Below, piece by piece: positions 61,951-64,000 of a stretch of 64,000 nucleotides of DNA. The position numbers and the translations under genes are program-made. The DNA is taken from NCBI RefSeq assembly GCF_028858705.1, contig NC_072852.1:200388471-200452470 (forward strand). The letters are read 5' to 3'. Each line of letters opens with the position of its first letter. Position 1 is the stretch's first letter. The notes below the pieces were generated by a model. It saw nothing but the letters and a program-made list of their open reading frames with translations, ran no database searches and was not told where the DNA came from. The stretch is from Grus americana. Lineage: Eukaryota.

Positions 61951-64000
61951 CTGTATTAAAAATATTATTTTTCAGAATTTAATAAGCACTCAACCATACA
62001 GATTCGAAGTTCAACTATAACACACCATTGCCAGTCACACCACAATACCAAGTGGATATGTCTCACACAGAAATATCATTTTCCTCAAACAGTGAAAAGC
62101 ATGGAAAACCCATTTAATAATACAAGGAACTACAAAAGTTAACAGTTCACACTGAAAAGCCATTTCATTTGGAGAAACATTTTTTTTTTAATTAAATGTT
62201 TAAAGCACTCTTCCATTCAAGCCTCCTGGTACTTCCATGCACATCCAACTGAAAACTTAGCAGTTGGATTTTACAGTTCAGTCCATTAAGGTATCAGATC
62301 TCCCTCTCAAGAGTCTCTTCTGGAATCCTTAGCTTTGACACGCCCTCCACCCACTTAAAACTGAAGATAGAAATATTTTTGAAAATGAAGAAATAGTGTC
62401 CTTGGGCTTCTATCAGCTTGAAAATTTGCAGAAAGTCAATTTTTAAAAAAGTTATTATTGCTGTTAAACTGATCATCCACTAATGACAGTATCAAAACAC
62501 CCTCATAATTGAGCTATTTCAGAAAACTAACATCACTAAGACTATTCTAAGTTTTTTCTGGTTTTAAAGTGCAGAGGCTACATACACTAGTGTTCTCCAA
62601 CCGTGCAAACCAGCTCCAAAATGCCACTATTAAAAGGTAAAAATATTGCACAAAAATTAAAGACAGGTATTATGAAATACTGTTATGAGGACAACTGAAA
62701 TTTTATTTTGAATTCTTTTGTCTGAATTAGAAACAACTATGCAATAAAAACAACCCCACCATCCTACAAACCATATTACTACCTTGAGAGGAGAGAAGTA
62801 ATAAGGTCATCAAACATTCTATCTGCTGTTGCTGCAACTTCGTCTCCTTCCTGTTTCATTTTCAATTCCAGGTATTTCAGCATCTATTTTGTTCAATAAT
62901 GAAGTGTTGAACAAACATGCATATATTATTCATTGTTATTATTATTTCATTATTCTCACATTACTTTTTTAAAAATTCAGAACAGAAGCAATGAACAGTA
63001 AGACAGTGATCAATACTACAGCAGAAAGAGTGACACTTTAACCAATTATAGCTCATTAATGCCTTTGTTTTCTCTAAGGTCTAGTCAGCTCACACTGTCT
63101 GGATCCTCATGTCAATTGAAGTCTTTAGGTCTACGAGGCAAGAAGCACACAGATCTTGGGCCCACTGCCTCACTTTCCTTACTTGACATTCTAACATAGT
63201 TCCATACACAGATTTCTACTGGTTATTTTAAACTCATTGTGAGCACAAAGGAAAAAAATACAGATTCTTCCTCTGGCTAAGCATCAGTTTTGTCACTATA
63301 GTTGCATTTAACGAAGATGACGATGGAAAAAAATCTCAGTAATGCAACACTGCTTTGGCAATTCTCAGTCCTTGTTTGAAGGCCACAGTTGTATGCATGA
63401 GTTATTGTATTGGAGCTGCTGAAACGGCAGGTTTTTTTACAAGATGCTATTAGTATATAAATTAGGTATTTAACATAATTCTGCTTAACCGACAGATCAG
63501 CCACTGCAACAAATCAAGTTAGAAAGGGAATGGTAAACAGCTTATGACACTTCATGCCACACTTAATAGAATGAATTTGCTTTAAGCTTTTGGATCATTA
63601 AACACTTCTATGCTTGAATATCTTAGAATACATGTAAAATGTAAATAAATGGCAAAAGAACTGCAAGTTTTTCCACAGCACATTTAATAAGAGTTGAAGT
63701 TTAAATAAAATAAATATCATTGACGAAGTTCACAGGTTACTCAGTAAAACCTATTAACAGCATTATCCAGTATTTTAAGTCTTCCTGTATTTTATACTTT
63801 GCATAAAAATGCATTACTTGGTTTACGTATTTTGGATATTGTGTTTGTTAAAATTATTACTTCTTTGCCCAGATAATTTCTTTTACACCTTTAAATCCAG
63901 AGAGAGGCATGTGAAAACTAGGAAGTCAGCACAGCTGCTACAGCAAAAACAAACACTGAAAGGAAACACAAGCTTAGTACTTAAAGACTGGCTTATATAT

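Noticed and set aside
1-64000. Possibility that the window encodes a novel prokaryotic-type system (defence island, CRISPR, operon)
   Set aside because: Sequence is clearly vertebrate: split genes with GT-AG introns, AT-rich introns and numerous CR1 LINEs. There are no CRISPR-like arrays, no dense co-directional ORFs and no RBS-type signals.

Overview
This window is vertebrate, most likely avian, genomic DNA, not a prokaryotic locus. It has a spliced gene structure (GT-AG introns, polypyrimidine tracts), it is AT-rich, and it carries many chicken-type CR1 LINE fragments with the ORF2 C-terminus ...[17 protein letters not shown]...[30 protein letters not shown] and the 3' tail ...CATTCTATGATTC. 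Two convergent protein-coding genes fill it.

(1) + strand: the 3' two-thirds of CENPJ/CPAP, 13 coding exons from 615 to 15092. These include the ~1.6-kb large exon (4130..5753) and the C-terminal TCP10 G-box exons. The stop codon is at 15090..15092.

(2) - strand: the Tudor-encoding 3' portion of an RNF17/TDRD4-like gene. I model 22 exons (61950 down to 18196) that encode five extended Tudor domains split over 3-4 exons each. The stop codon is at 18196..18198. The gene assignment rests on the five-Tudor architecture and on the known CENPJ-RNF17 tail-to-tail synteny.

Introns contain at least 11 CR1 fragments, three related ERV/LTR-like repeats (one with an internal ~46-bp tandem array) and small minisatellites.

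The most interesting observation is a ~1-kb near-identical inverted duplicate. It consists of the 3' part of a CR1 plus ~420 bp of non-CR1 downstream flank, and the flank ends ~22 nt after an AATAAA. One copy lies in a CENPJ intron and the other in an RNF17 intron. This is a candidate CR1 3' transduction, or alternatively an inverted segmental duplication.

I found no evidence of a novel 'system' in the prokaryotic sense. All gene names and boundaries are inferred from translation, splice signals and remembered protein similarity, without database search.
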